A stretch of DNA of 64,000 nt from Rhynchopus sp. YZ270_cl-10 (lineage: Eukaryota): NCBI GenBank assembly GCA_964035575.1, contig OZ037842.1:1302001-1366000 (forward strand), given 5' to 3'. Numbering within the stretch: the stretch's first letter is position 1; each line of letters opens with the position of its first letter. This document shows, piece by piece, positions 33,016 to 46,447 of the stretch. The position numbers were made by a program, and so were the translations under genes. Below the pieces are notes generated by a model. That model ran no database searches. It was given only the letters and a program-made list of their open reading frames with translations, and was not told the DNA's origin.

Positions 33016-35974
33016 TATTTTCTCTTTTTTTTTGGGGGGCTTTTTTAGCTGTACGGTACAGTTTTTATGTTCAGTGGAAAAAAAGGGTTCTAGCCCAGGG
33101 GGGAATTGTGAGAACCTTTTGTCTTTTTGGAGCATCTTACCAGATTTTAGTGTTCGATAAAACCCACAGAGCATGCTTTGAGACCTAGGAGGTGTTTTTA
33201 TTTTTGATTTTTTTTTTTGCACTATCAACTTTTTAAGGTGACGTAAACGCAGTGAGTAATAAAAGAATGGATCAATCATTTCTGTACGTAGCTTTTCGGG
33301 CGACTTTTTGCGTACAGACCCTCGATTGGACGCATTTTTTAACAAAGGTGGTTATATGTGTGTTTGAAAACAACTGTGGGTTATCCCTTGGATTTGGGAT
33401 ATTGCCCATAGTGTGTGTGGGACTAGGTTGTATTATACGTGATCGGCTCCGACTGAATACCGTATTATACGGTATCATACGGTGGGGGCCGAATACCGTA
33501 TTCTTAATTTTTCGAATTATTCGAATTTTACAAACCTAGTGTGGGGTGGGTACGTTCGCCGCGCATCTTCAAACCTAGCCTGCGGTATTAGTTCGTCTGC
33601 TAAAAAAGGAAACCAGTTTTGACAGGTTGTGTTGACACTAAAAAAACTATGCCCAATTTTTTCTTTTCTTTTAAATCTGACCCGAGAGAACGAATGCCAG
33701 AAACGGTTTCAAAAAAAAACAGGTGGGGGGCGTTAAGGTGACAAATCCATGAGGGCGCAGGTTCATCTTACAAACTATTTTTTTTTTGTACGAACCGGCC
33801 AACCTGGTATCATGATTGACCAAGGTGGTGAATAGGGCTGACCCGCGCTAAATCGGAATGCTAACCAATGTGGGTCGGATCCCAACATTGGTAGTAGGTC
33901 CCATATGGGGATTGCATCGTTGTGTTTATTTTACAAGGTGACTAAGAGAGGCTTAGGTTCATCTTATAATGTTTTTTCAACCCTTTTCAAAAGGCGACTA
34001 AGCAGCGAGTCCTCGGTCTGATAAACACGATATTTTTCTTTATTGAAACGTAAAACACCCTGCGTAATGTGGAAATAATTATACTGAAATATTTAGATCG
34101 GTTTGGTTGCTCCGATTTTTTTGGGGGCCAATTTGGTACTGAACGGTAACATTTTCCAACCATGGTATTTTTTTCTCTTCAGATGTGTGTGTACGAGAGA
34201 CACGTTCATCTTTCAAGTTTTCTTTTTTGGGGGGAGGTGTCCGATGTTGTGGTGCGTGCTGTCAGGTGTCCATTGGGGTATCTGCCACGTTCATCAAATC
34301 ATACCACCTTTCCCCCACCCCTTCAGTTGCACAAAGGAGCTTTGCCGACCCTTTGTTTAGCTAAGGTGGCTAGGCTCGCCAGGCTTAGGTTCATATTGAC
34401 ATTACCCCCCCATTTTGCAGTATCTGCAAAATATTGAATGTGCTTGTTCGTTAATGGGGTGTTTGCGCACAAAAAAGTAAAAAAAGTAAAAAAAAATGAA
34501 GACTGTCTGAATGATGGTTCACACTAACAGATTATCAAAAAAACGCTTCTGAGTGTTCCGTATGTTTTTTTTAAAGGTCTTCACTTTAGAGGGGGGGTTT
34601 GGGTGGGAGGGGGGGAAAATCCAAAGGAAAACTAATCATCGCACACCGCCAGCAGTTTATAGGAGTGCAACCCCCTAATGCGCAAAAATACTTTTTTGTT
34701 TAAGAAGTTGACAACGTGTAGAGGTTCAATCAAACCACCTGTGTGAACTCCACGCTGTTCGTTAGTTCCTAGCCCTTTTTTGGGTACAATTTGAGTGCAA
34801 AACCCACCTCTTTTAAAAGAGATTGTCGATGCTTGTCTTTGTGTTGCACTATCAAAAGGCAGACTGCTGAGGGATACGTATCCGCTCGAGACCCGAAGTC
34901 TGTTGTCACTTCAACGCTCTTCATGGTTTCATTCAGTGTGCCGCTGTTTTGTAGCTCCGTTTATTGATCAGCACTAAGTCATAATTCGAGAATATGCATT
35001 TTTTTCTCACCATTTTCCAACTTTGTCTCTCAAAATAGGGCAGCACTGTGGGGGGTGGCAAAGTCATCTTCGTATAAACTCGGGGGTGCGATGCGTTACA
35101 AAAGGAAGTCATCTGGCTTTCGAAACAAAAGAAAGGCTATTTAAAGCTAAGAGTGAACCGGGGGAGGGATGGAAGGAAAAACATGACAAAAAAAATGCAA
35201 AAAAAAAAAAACAAATAAGATACATAGTACAAAAGGCTTCGGGCCAACATTGACCCTAGTTACCTCCCCAAGGGGTGCTTCGGCCATTTGTCGACACTAA
35301 ACAAAAAGGCTGACAGAAAACCCACAGGGGAATTGCTGATTCAAATATAAAAAAAAAGGCCCCCTTCCCCAAGGACATCACCATTTATAATTTCCCCCTG
35401 ATTTGCTATACTTTTTTCACCCTTTTTTTTGCTGATAAATTAAGTGGGAATTCCAACGGAGATAAAGTCTTTAAAAAAGAAAGCGGATTTTGTTTTTTTT
35501 TTCACTCCCTCCCCCCATTCACATTTTGCATTTAACAGATTGGGGGGAGTATGTTTATTGAAAGCCCTGATGTGAAGGTAGTTCTCGCAGGGGTAGTACT
35601 GCTTGCTTGTGCGCAGGCGTCTGGCAGATGTATACGCGGAAAAGACACGACAGCACGATTTCAGGAAAACTTTGTCCCCGTGGAGCAGCTCTCTCGGCAT
35701 GACGCAGCAGCAGCAGCACTCAACGACGCTTTTCTTGGCGCTGTTCTCGACCACTCACTTGTCCCAGGGTGAGCCTTTCGACCCCCACACCCCACCATTT
35801 ACACCCTCCCTCTAACCCATATAACCTAAAAGAAAAGACATCATTTCCCTCTCAATAATCCCCTTATTTACCGAAGTGGAAGCGGGGGTGATCTGGCCAC
35901 TCGAGAGGGTTTTGCATTTCAAGTTTCCCTCCCAACCCCAGCCCCTCGTATCCCCCCCATTTTTTTACAGACGT

Positions 35975-36007
<33 letters not shown>

Positions 36008-36017
36008 TTTTCTGAAT

Positions 36018-37634
36018 ATGGTAAGAAATGGGTTTAAAGAGTTGCATGCGTTTATGGATAAATACGGTATAGCTGGGTATTCAGATGTATTCTATGATCG
36101 AGGGGTGACGGCTGATAATTTCCACAATTTGACTGAGAAGGAGTTGCTGGCTATGCGGTTGACGAACACATCGTTGTTAAGGAAGATTTTGCAGATTTCT
36201 GGGAAAAAAGAGAATTTGAAGTATCGAAAGATGCGGAATATGGCGAGCAGGCAGAAGAATGGTGCGGCTGCGAAGCGAAGCCGCGTACGCAAAGACGATC
36301 TTCATTCAACACATAACACTGCCACATCCGCCACCACAGCGGACCTCACCACATCCCTCTCACCACGAGACAACCTCTCCCCTACTAATGCCCCAACATC
36401 ACCGATGATACACCATCCGCAGACCCACCACCAGCCCACTGCAAACCAATGCGTAAGAAATGCGACCGTCTACATCCCACCTAGCCCCGCAAAACAACAA
36501 AAAATGATGGATAAATTCAAAACCGCTCGCGGAGCAGCATCTGCTGAAAAAAAGGACTGTTGTGATGTTCCCCATTCGCATGGGCATCAGTCGAGCAACT
36601 GTAGGGTCTGCTCGGAACTAAATATAACACAACAAGGCGTCGACGACCGCGAGCAGGCCAAACGCAAAGACGACTTCAAATTCCCCGCCTCGTCTCTCCA
36701 GGACCCGTCGTACCCGAACCCTACCTACAACTTTGCGCTGCAGTTTCGGTTGTTGCAGATTTCAATTAATGCGTCCGTTTTTCAACAAAACACCTGGCTA
36801 GAAGAGACCAGCGAGCGAGAGTACGTCATCAACGACATTCACGAATACATTAAAAATGTGAAACAAGCAGGACGAGAGATCATCATTGGCGAAGAAACCG
36901 ATGCGAGGAAGGAGATCGACAGCGACGAACGGTTTTCGTTTAAGTCGATGCTGAAGGAGACACTGGACATTTCATCGGGGATAGCACTGACTGCGCTGGA
37001 CCAATCCCATCGGGAGCTTCTGAAGGAGCAGCGAAAATGCCTCTTCCACGTCGAGAACTACGAACGCGACTGCGTCGCTGCTGAAGAGGAGGCCGATATG
37101 AACGGCCTCGTCGAGATCTCCGCACACCTCTTCCATATGTCCTCCAAGGAACAAAAGGAGCGAATGAAGGAAGTAGAAAACCTCGACTACCGCTCCCGCT
37201 GCCCAATGTGCTGCAAAAAGAAGTGCACCTTCTTTCAAAAGCCCTGGAAGCTTTGGTCAACAAAACACCAGGTAGGGAAGGACGGTGAAGAGCCCATCCG
37301 AGCACACCGATGCTCCAGTGCAAATCTGCAGTCTCTTACCGGGGGGTGCCATGGTGTTAGCTCGGTGGCGGATTACGAAAAAATGTATGATTTTAACCAA
37401 AAAATGAAGCGCCTGCAGACGTCCTCCCAGCCCTCACGGAGTATAAAGAAGAACAAAAAGGACAAAAAATCGATGCCAGACATGCTCCGCAGCAAAGTCA
37501 CCAACAGTGACGACATCTCCAATGCATCTGGTGCATTCCGTGCAACAGATGCAACCTCCCCAGCCTTCAATGCAAACAACAGAATACCTCAAAGTCCTGC
37601 CTACCGTCCGCAGCCACCCCCTCAGATAGTCTGA
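36018..37634 (+). CDS. Hypothetical protein with N-terminal SAM domain and Cys clusters
   Basis: FMDKYGIAGYSDVFYDRGVTADNFHNLTEKELLAMRL..RKIL fits a SAM pattern; CPMCCKKKC near the C-terminus. Confidence 0.72.
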   Translation: MVRNGFKELHAFMDKYGIAGYSDVFYDRGVTADNFHNLTEKELLAMRLTNTSLLRKILQISGKKENLKYRKMRNMASRQKNGAAAKRSRVRKDDLHSTHNTATSATTADLTTSLSPRDNLSPTNAPTSPMIHHPQTHHQPTANQCVRNATVYIPPSPAKQQKMMDKFKTARGAASAEKKDCCDVPHSHGHQSSNCRVCSELNITQQGVDDREQAKRKDDFKFPASSLQDPSYPNPTYNFALQFRLLQISINASVFQQNTWLEETSEREYVINDIHEYIKNVKQAGREIIIGEETDARKEIDSDERFSFKSMLKETLDISSGIALTALDQSHRELLKEQRKCLFHVENYERDCVAAEEEADMNGLVEISAHLFHMSSKEQKERMKEVENLDYRSRCPMCCKKKCTFFQKPWKLWSTKHQVGKDGEEPIRAHRCSSANLQSLTGGCHGVSSVADYEKMYDFNQKMKRLQTSSQPSRSIKKNKKDKKSMPDMLRSKVTNSDDISNASGAFRATDATSPAFNANNRIPQSPAYRPQPPPQIV

Positions 37635-38240
37635 CAATGGTCTGAGAAGGATTGCACAAAAAAGATGTATTGCAAATGAAGTGTCCGGGTTGTGTGAGGT
37701 AGTGGTGAGGAGTGGTTGCATGTTCCACGAGAGCTCTGTTCGTATTATGAATGTCGGAGCAGCTTGTGTATCGAATTATTCGAGTTAGGGAAAGAAGGCG
37801 TGTGATAATTTTTCTCCTTTTTCTCTCCCCCATAAGAAGTTCCGTTCCGTTTATTTGAGTCTAGAAAAGGGGGGGAAAAAACTCCCTTTTTTTTTTTTTG
37901 TACAATCGTTGTAAAAACGAGGTGTTCAAGCTGGGCGTTTGGGGAAGGGGGGGATGACAAGAAACGTGTTGCGGGTTTAACAACTTGGCAACAGTGTTTT
38001 TTTTTTTTTCCCTCACCCCTCATCCGTCTTTCTGTTGGAGTGGAGTCTTGTCCTTTGCAATTTACCCTCTCCCTTTTTAGGTTGTTTTTTATGTTTTGAG
38101 TCCAAAAAATATGTAAAGATCGCGCAACTAATTGTTGTTCTAAAGTGTTCTAAAAAAAAATACGAAACAACACAACGTGTGGGATCAAATGCATTTTTAT
38201 CTTGGTGACTAAGCATGGGAGGCTTTGAGAGGCTTAGGTT

Positions 38241-39204
38241 CGGGGTGGCATCAAAACAAAAAACGCGGACAATGTCCGCGTTTTTGGGGGGGGAGGGGGG
38301 GGGTCTGAAATTCCAGAAAACGCGGACATTTTGGGGTTTTTTTTTCCTGGAAATTTTTTTTCTTTGCCGGGGTTGTACACGATTTTGACCAAAATTTATA
38401 AAAACTCGTCCATTTCGGCAAATTGACCCCACCACAGAACCGGCGGATTCAGGAAATGCAAATGCCGGTGTTTTCGGGCAAAATAAAAAATACAAGATGC
38501 CCGCGTTTTTTTTTTGCAAAATGTACACGCATGGGGGGCCCTAAAACCCCTGCTACCACGTGTTTCTACAGGCAAACACTTGGACCCATTGACCTTACAC
38601 GACGGGTTTTGACCAAAATCAAGAACTTGCCCATTTTGGCAAATTGACCCCACCACAGAAAGGACGGATTCCGGAAATGCAAATGCCGGTGTTTTTGCGC
38701 ATTTTCATGGTTTCAGCATCAGAGAGAGAAAATCTGCGTTGTGGGATTTACCTTGGCCCCTTTACCTTACACTCATTTTGACCAAAACCAAGAACTTGGC
38801 CATTTCGGCAAATTGACCCCACCACAGCGCGGACAGATTCCGGAAATGCCAATTGCGGCATGTTTTGGGGCTGAAAAATTTTCACCAGAAAATTTTTTTC
38901 AGCAGCATTTTTTGGCCGAAAATGGGCCCCACGTATTAGTGACCGGGCTCATATTTTCAAAAATTTAAGTGGTCAAAAAATTGTCCAATTTTCGAGATTG
39001 ACCCCACCACTTTCTGGACGGATTCCGGAAATGCCAAAAAACTGTGTTTTGGGTCACGAATTTGCACCCCGTCACCCAAAAACCAGCAAAAAATAGGGGG
39101 AAAAAAAACCAAAAATGTCCGCGTTTTGGGGGGGGGGAGGGGGGGGTCTGAAATTCCCCAAAAACGCGGACATTGTCCGCGTTTTTTGTTTTGATGCCAC
39201 CCCA
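38241..39204. mobile_element. TIR element of about 960 bp with four internal tandem units of about 200 bp
   Basis: GGGGTGGCATCAAAACAAAAAACGCGGACAATGTCCGCGTTTTTGG at 38242 and its reverse complement ending at 39203; units carry AATTGACCCCACCAC..GGATTCCGGAAATGC. TSD ambiguous. Confidence 0.88.
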
Positions 39205-39280
39205 TTCATCTCCCAAACTTTTCTTTGGTCGTCAGTGCCTGCGTCCCAGAGGCGTTTGCACGATCAACTTCTCTTTCTTG

Positions 39281-39321
<41 letters not shown>

Positions 39322-39965
39322 GTGTTTTTCTAACGAAATACTGCTCCCCTATGGCACAGCCCACCCCTTGCAATGATATGTTAGTGCTGCTGGTCGGGAT
39401 TCCTCCCCTTCCGGGCTGTATTTTTTGTATTCAGCTACCAATACCTTTCCAGCCACACTGTACACATTGCTGTTTTGCCTTCCCTCACCTACATAATAGA
39501 TTTATGTTATAAACAAAAAGAAAATTTTGGTGTTTTTTTCCCCCCTGATTTTTATCTAACATCACTCCCGAGCTTTATGCGATGTTGCTATAAAACGCAT
39601 TTTATTGCCTCCCCAAAAACCCCACGAGAGAAAGGGATACCGCCGTTGGGCAGAAATACCCCATTGCCTACAAGACGGGAGGGAGGAAGGGGAAGGGGGG
39701 TTATGGTATTTCCATACCCTTCTTCTCCTTTCCCCCCCCCCCCTCCTCGGCGGTCTGTACTCTGTGGGAGATTTTTTTCCTTACATTTTTTTTTTTTAGA
39801 TGTAAACCACGAAATGGAGGACTGCATGGTTAGGGTCCTCCCCCAGTACAGCCGGTCATACCAAAGGTACACTGTTCACGAGAGGGCTTTGTATTTCATA
39901 TCATTTTTTTTTTTTGTCAAATTACCCCCTTCATTCCCCCCCCATCAGACACACAACCCCCCACA

Positions 39966-42900
39966 ATGAACGTCGGCTTCCACGGAGGGAAGGGGTACGG
40001 GGGGCACAGCCACAACAACTACAACAACAACCCCCACAACAGCCACCACCACCACCACCACAACAACAACAACAACAACAACCCGCACTACCAAAATAAC
40101 TTCCGGAAAGGGGACGGCAAGGGGAAGGGAGATGGGAAGGGGCTGAAGGGTGAGAAGGGCGCCTTCGGCAAGGGGAAGGGGAAGAAGGGTGAGAAGGGTG
40201 ACGGGAAGGGTGACGGGAAGGGAGACGGGAAGGGGAAGGGTGGTAAGAACGACGGCGGGAAGCCCTTCGATGGGAAGGGCAAAGATGGCAAGCCATCTGT
40301 CCCCCGCGAGGTTCTGGAGAACGACCGCATTCACCGCTTTGGAACACCTCTTACCATCGCCTCTGCCGCAGAGCGTTTGAAGGGGAGCTTGGTCAACCTC
40401 CATCCTGAGTTCACCTCTTCCACCCCACAGTGGTTCAACACCACATACACGGATCGCACACCTCTGCCGTTCCATACCTCGCCGGTTCAGTTCAATGTCC
40501 CCCACCTTGATAAGAAGAACAACGCACACAAAAAGACGCGCCACAACACACCCTCCAAGGACGACAAACCTGCCCCCGTGGAGGAGAAGGAAACGGTTGC
40601 ACCATTTATCTTTGCAGGCGATGTGGACAGCTGTTTCGACGCGACCTCTCCTGACAACGTCCGTGTTAACGTTCTTCTCTACGATGTGTCCCCCCCGGAC
40701 CACCGGAGCTACCAGAAGCATTTCAACCACAGAGTCTCGCTTCTCTACCTGAAGCATGCTCTCCGTGAGGAACGCACCCCATACGGCATCAACTTCGACA
40801 AATCTGCAGGTGATAAGTGTTACGAAGACACCGCACGCAGAGCGCTGACCACCCTCGGTCTCGCCCACCTCCCCGCCTTCGACCTGAAAGACTTCTCCAC
40901 TGCAGACTACGGCGCCCAAGGAAAGGTGGTGACATACCTGGTACAGTGGAAGCCTAACCAGAAGATCGAAGAAGGAGGGGACTCTTGGAACGAACAGCGT
41001 GTCGTTGACGCTCCTAAGGTGATGATGGTCAAACCGGACGGACCCTCTGCGGGAGAAAAGCGTAAGAGAGATGAGGACGAAGGTGAGGGAGAGGGTGAGG
41101 AGGGTGAGGATGAGGGTGACGCTGAGGCAGCAGACGGCGAGGCAAAGAAGGACTACACCACGCTCTATGTGCCTTACTACCACAGTCTCAACGGCCTGCT
41201 TGAGTACAGGTTCATGAACAGGCCAGAGTCCTTCAACTTTGCGTTGACAATCCAGCAGCTTCATGAGTCGCTTCGCAACTCTGTTGCTCAAATCTTGGTC
41301 GAGAAGCTGCGTGCTCGGGTCGCAGAGTTGGGTGAGGTATGCTTTATGAATATTTCACTCGAAACGGGATTTTGTGCAATTTGTCAAAACAACACCAAAT
41401 ATACACGACAACACTCTCAGGAAGCATCGCACAACAGCAAGTATAACAAAGAGAGAATGGACCACACAAGCGAGAAGAAGGAGGCGCAGGTATGGTGGTT
41501 TTTGTTTTGTTTTTTTTTTTCTATCTGATACACAGACAGGATGTGTTGGTATTTGTTTGGATTGGTAGCAATTATTGCACGGAATACTTTACGTATACAC
41601 GGCAGCCATCAAGACCAAGACTCTTTAGGTTACTCTTCCTCCTGGTGATCAGACATTACATCCAGTAAGGACAGAGAAAGGAATAAGAAAAAAGAAAAAA
41701 AAAACTTTTGTATTTTGTGTATTCCCGAAACAAAAAACTGAAGTAGAAGGTACCAAATGTTCACACGAACATCGGTTTCACGATATTCACCCACCATTTA
41801 AAGGGAAATCACTGAAGATGTCCACCCTTTTGAATACAACTGTATGATTCTTAGGACTGAAACAGGGTTAATATCAGAAACCAATCTACTGAAGTTTCAA
41901 CTTGTGCACGAAGCATTTTACTTTTCTTTTCTACGTTTTGCAAAACACACAACATAAAAAGAAAGATGGGACCATTTTTGTTGATCCCTCACCATATACT
42001 ATCAATTTATTGATTGCATATGATGAAAATACTTTTTATTTACAAGTGCCTCCAGACGTGCTGTGAAAAACTGAGCCTCGCTTAGAGTATGTTGCGGAAT
42101 GGTCTCTAGTACATTAGCCCTAAAAAGCTAAACACATAGTGCAAACTAGTTTATATTTATAGATATATTCTACTGCTGCACTATGCTTTGTTTACTCATA
42201 ATTACAAAGGAGTTAACAGAAAGTCGAAGCACACAATACAGCTGTCCTGTGAACTTCGCACTACACCCCACCCCCTCCCTACCTCTTTGAAACAGTCAAA
42301 AAAGAAATCAAAATTAAAAAAAAAAAAAAAAAAAACAGCAGAAAAAGAGACCAAAAAAAAAAATGATATAATAACAAGGGAGAGCAAGTAGGTTATTTAA
42401 AGTAGGTTGACGACACCGAAACCCCAATAAAAAAAATGTGTCCGTTTATGGTGTCAACGTTAAAGACTACCAGAAGCAGCTCAGTGCATTCTGAAAAAAA
42501 TAAGCGAGCGATTCTAGGCTATATATGTTCATGAAGCCAATGAATCTAGATAAAGGTCCTATTTCAAAGAATTCCCACAAACAAACACCACTTTTATTTT
42601 TACTTTTTTTCAACAAACCAAATAAAAAGAAAAAAAAACTCTTTTTCACCACTGGAAGGGACTAGACCTCGTACTTGACCCTTTCAGTGAGACGTCAGAC
42701 CAATGTATTACATTGCCACACCCTGGGTAAGCTGTGCAGTCTGTAGGCCTACTACAAAAACCGCAAAACTTTGGAAAAAAAAAAGAACGAAGATAATAGG
42801 TATATCGCAGTAGTAATTTGGTCGTGGTTTACCAATGGTAATGTCCACGACGCAGTTTATATGGTTGTACTCAACGCGTACTATGTCACTAGTGATGAGT

Positions 42901-45900
42901 ATTTTTCTCGCAGGAGCGATTTGGTCTTGGTGGGCATCTTAGCTTTCCCATTTTTAAAGGGACAATAGCCTTGAGACTAAGACTCCAGGACACATATTAA
43001 ATTGTTTGCAATGCACGTTTTGCTATCTCTTTGTACTACTCTAGTCTTTGTGTAGGTGTTTCAATACAATGGACAATGGATGATTAAACTGGTTTTAATC
43101 ATTGCTTGGACGGCGAACTACTAAGTCCAGAAAATTCAGTATGTTTTTCACTTTTCTATTTTTTACTTTTATTTTATTTCTCTTTCTTGTGTGTTTGCTG
43201 AGGTTTTCTATCTGATACACAGACAGGATGTGTTGGTATTTGTTTGGATTGGTAGCAATTATTGCACGGAATACTTTACGTATACACGGCAGCCATCAAG
43301 ACCAAGACTCTTTAGGTTACTCTTCCTCCTGGTGATCAGACATTACATCCAGTAAGGACAGAGAAAGGAATAAGAAAAAAGAAAAAAAAAACTTTTGTAT
43401 TTTGTGTATTCCCGAAACAAAAAACTGAAGTAGAAGGTACCAAATGTTCACACGAACATCGGTTTCACGATATTCACCCACCATTTAAAGGGAAATCACT
43501 GAAGATGTCCACCCTTTTGAATACAACTGTATGATTCTTAGGACTGAAACAGGGTTAATATCAGAAACCAATCTACTGAAGTTTCAACTTGTGCACGAAG
43601 CATTTTACTTTTCTTTTCTACGTTTTGCAAAACACACAACATAAAAAGAAAGATGGGACCATTTTTGTTGATCCCTCACCATATACTATCAATTTATTGA
43701 TTGCATATGATGAAAATATTTTTTTGTGTTCCCGCAAGCAGGGCGTTCGCTATCGCCATCGTTTTTTCCTGATCGTGGCGAAATGCCAAAAAACCCGAAA
43801 TTTTTGCTTTTTTACTAGTGCTTAAAATAGGTCAAAAAAAATTTTCCGCCGGAGAGAAGCTAGTTCGTGGGGGGTGAATCCCTGGTACTGAGTGGTCAAA
43901 AAAAATTTGCGATTTGCGCGTGATCCCTTCCCCAGCACAAGTGCTATTACAGCTGCACTTTCCTGACTAAAACCAGCAAAACGATGGAGAATTTCATCAA
44001 TCCCCCCTCACTGAGGGTCTCTTTGTGTTGTTTAATCAAACAGATGTACAAGAGAGAGGCATCCGTCATATGAGACTTCATCCTTATTTTGATTATTTTC
44101 AATAAACTAAAACGTCTCTCTGCCGTTGAAGGTAGAGTTGACACGAGTAGTGACACCTTCTATAACAGGGGCTTCACCAGACTGCAGGATTGAGGAGCGG
44201 GAGTGCTGGGGAAACTTCCTCTCACGGCAGGCGGGTTTGCGGAACAGTGGACACCCCTCTGCGACCCCCCCTCCGGGGGGTCGACAGGGTGGTGGGGAGA
44301 AATCTCTCTCTCTTTATTTTTTTTTCTCCCCTTTTTTTATTTATTTATTTATTTATTTATTTATACAGGGTTTCGCCCCGGTGGGGCGAAGCCCTGGGGC
44401 GAAATAAAATGTCATTTTTTCAGGAAAAATTTTTTTTAACGAAAAAAAATATTTTTCGCCCCGGGGCGAACGCCCTGCCCGCAAGATACAACAGAGAAAG
44501 GCATATCTATCTTGACACTTTCCTTCAATACTAGCGGGGTTCAAAATATTGGTGGAAATGTGCAATGCACATTTTTTTTAGTTGTCTTTTTTTAGACAGC
44601 ACCCATATTTTGAGTAGTTGTTCATCTGACCATGTATCCAATAAACAGGCGGAGGCTCAGAAAAAGTGGGATGAGGAGACCAAAGAGGAGACCGACACTG
44701 CGCGTGCCGAGATCATGAAAGAGAAGAATGCTGCCTTCGAGGCTGAGTGGAAGGTAAAGTGGGATGCAGTGCTCGCAGCACGCCCCGCAGAGGTGAAGCC
44801 GGAGCGCGTCCTCGACAAGAAGCTTGCGATGTACATCTCCTACCTCTCCCAGCCAATCCAGGTATGGAAACCACAGGTCGCAATCTCGCCATTTTTAACC
44901 AATGCCTGCGTCCGCCGATGAACGGTGAGGCGTTTGCACTTTCGACTTCTCTTTTTAATATTTTGTTCTGTTTTTGAACTTTTGTATTTTGTATTTTGTA
45001 TTTTGTGTATTCCCTAAACCAAAAAACTGAAGTAAAAGGTACCAAATGTTCACACGAATATCGGTTTCACATTCACCCATATCAAGGGAAATCACTGAAG
45101 ATGTCCACCCTTTTGAATACAACTGTATGATTCTTAGGACTGTAATGTCACAATGTTGAACCCTTCCCACACAGATCCCCAAAACCGAAATCGGTGAAAT
45201 CAGCGTTGCCAGAGCTATTCAGTCCACAGGCGCCTTCTCGCGGGAGTATGTATTTTTTTTAAAGGTGACTGATCACGAGAGGCTTTAGGTTCATCTTGTA
45301 AAACTTTTCATATTTTTGCACTAACGTACAGTCACAAGAGGGTTTTGTTTGAAAGGCGACTAGCAGAGGAGAGGCTTAGATTCATCTAAATAGACCATTC
45401 TTTGTTTGTTGCACTCATTTGCCCTGCTTGTACCAATAAAAACTAAACCACAAAACCCACAGCGAAATTGAGTACCTCCTCAGCTCGATGGACAGAACCG
45501 GAGGCACCCTGAGCTACGGCAAGTTGTATGTCACCGCATCCCACATCCTCCTCCTTCCTCCCCCTATCCCTTCACCCTTTTTTAGTCAGTACCTCCGTCC
45601 CCCAGAGGTGTTTGCGCTATCAACCTCACTTTTTTTATTCAAAAGCAGTACCTACCAGTACCCTTTTTAGACTTACCCCCAAAGCTTATCGTTATCCCTC
45701 TCCTAATTCGGATCAATATAAACACGAGGAATAAATTGATCCCTGATATCACCTTTTGAGAATAGTGTCCAACTTCCCCTTTATTATGTTATGTACACAG
45801 TTCAACTTCTTTATCAATCATTTTTTTTCTCTCAAAGGTTGCAGGTGCTCCCCGAGAACAAGCTTCCTGAGGAGGAGTGGGTTGTGCGCAAGGTTCTGCC

Positions 45901-46447
45901 TAAGACGGTAGCACAGACGGGCCCTGCTCATGTGGCAGAGAAGAAGGATGCTGTTCAGGAGCCTGAACCCGAGGCTGAAATGGCAGTGGAGGCCGAGCCT
46001 GCGCATGAGGCAGAGGATGTGCCTGCAGAGATGGAAATGGAGGAGGAGAAGCCCAAGGAGGCTGAGGCTGAGGCGGAGGCAGAGGAGGACGCAAACGAGG
46101 AGGAGGAGGAGGTGTCTGAGTTCGCAACCATGTCCCACAAGGAGCTCCAGGCGGAGTGCAAGAAGAGAGGTATGCCTTATTATCCATAAAATCGTTAGAA
46201 TTGCAATATGCAATATGATCATAAAGACTAAGGACCTAGGTTGGAATCGTAGGTTTACTGGGAAGGAGTAATTCGGAGGCGGTTTTTGTCAAAGAGAATC
46301 TGGGTCTCATAGATGGTCCTCATGAGATAAGAGGTGCAAAAAGATATGAATCGACATTTTTATCCATTAATTATCCAAAATAATACAGGCATCCCAGCAA
46401 AGGGCACCACCGCCGCACTCCGCCAGCGTCTTGAGGATGCTGAGTAA
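39966..46447 (+). CDS. CCAR1/DBC1-like nuclear protein with C-terminal SAP domain; exons 39966-41336, 41421-41489, 44649-44861, 45175-45245, 45463-45525, 45838-46169, 46389-46447
   Basis: Six GTATG..AG introns join in frame; SAP motif MSHKELQAECKKRGIPAKGTTAALRQRL; LHPEF..W..PVQF, SLNGLLEY..F and a degenerate EF-hand-like region recall the CCAR1 family. Confidence 0.72.
41517..42031. repeat. 515-bp direct repeat, copy A (intronic)
   Basis: Appears identical to 43204-43718 (constant offset 1687). Confidence 0.95.
43204..43718. repeat. 515-bp direct repeat, copy B (intronic); diverged partial third copy at about 44977-45142
   Basis: See copy A. Confidence 0.95.
43739..44477. mobile_element. 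Non-autonomous hAT element (739 bp)
   Basis: TIR CAGGGCGTTCGC..GCGAACGCCCTG; perfect 8-bp TSD CCCGCAAG (43731-43738, 44478-44485). Confidence 0.9.

Noticed and set aside
33423..33539. Possible 115-bp mini TIR element (CTAGGTTGTA..TACAAACCTAG)
   Set aside because: TIR is short and imperfect, the flanking duplication is mismatched, and only one copy was seen.
41517..43718. LTR retrotransposon
   Set aside because: No TG..CA termini, PBS/PPT, TSD or gag/pol remnants seen.
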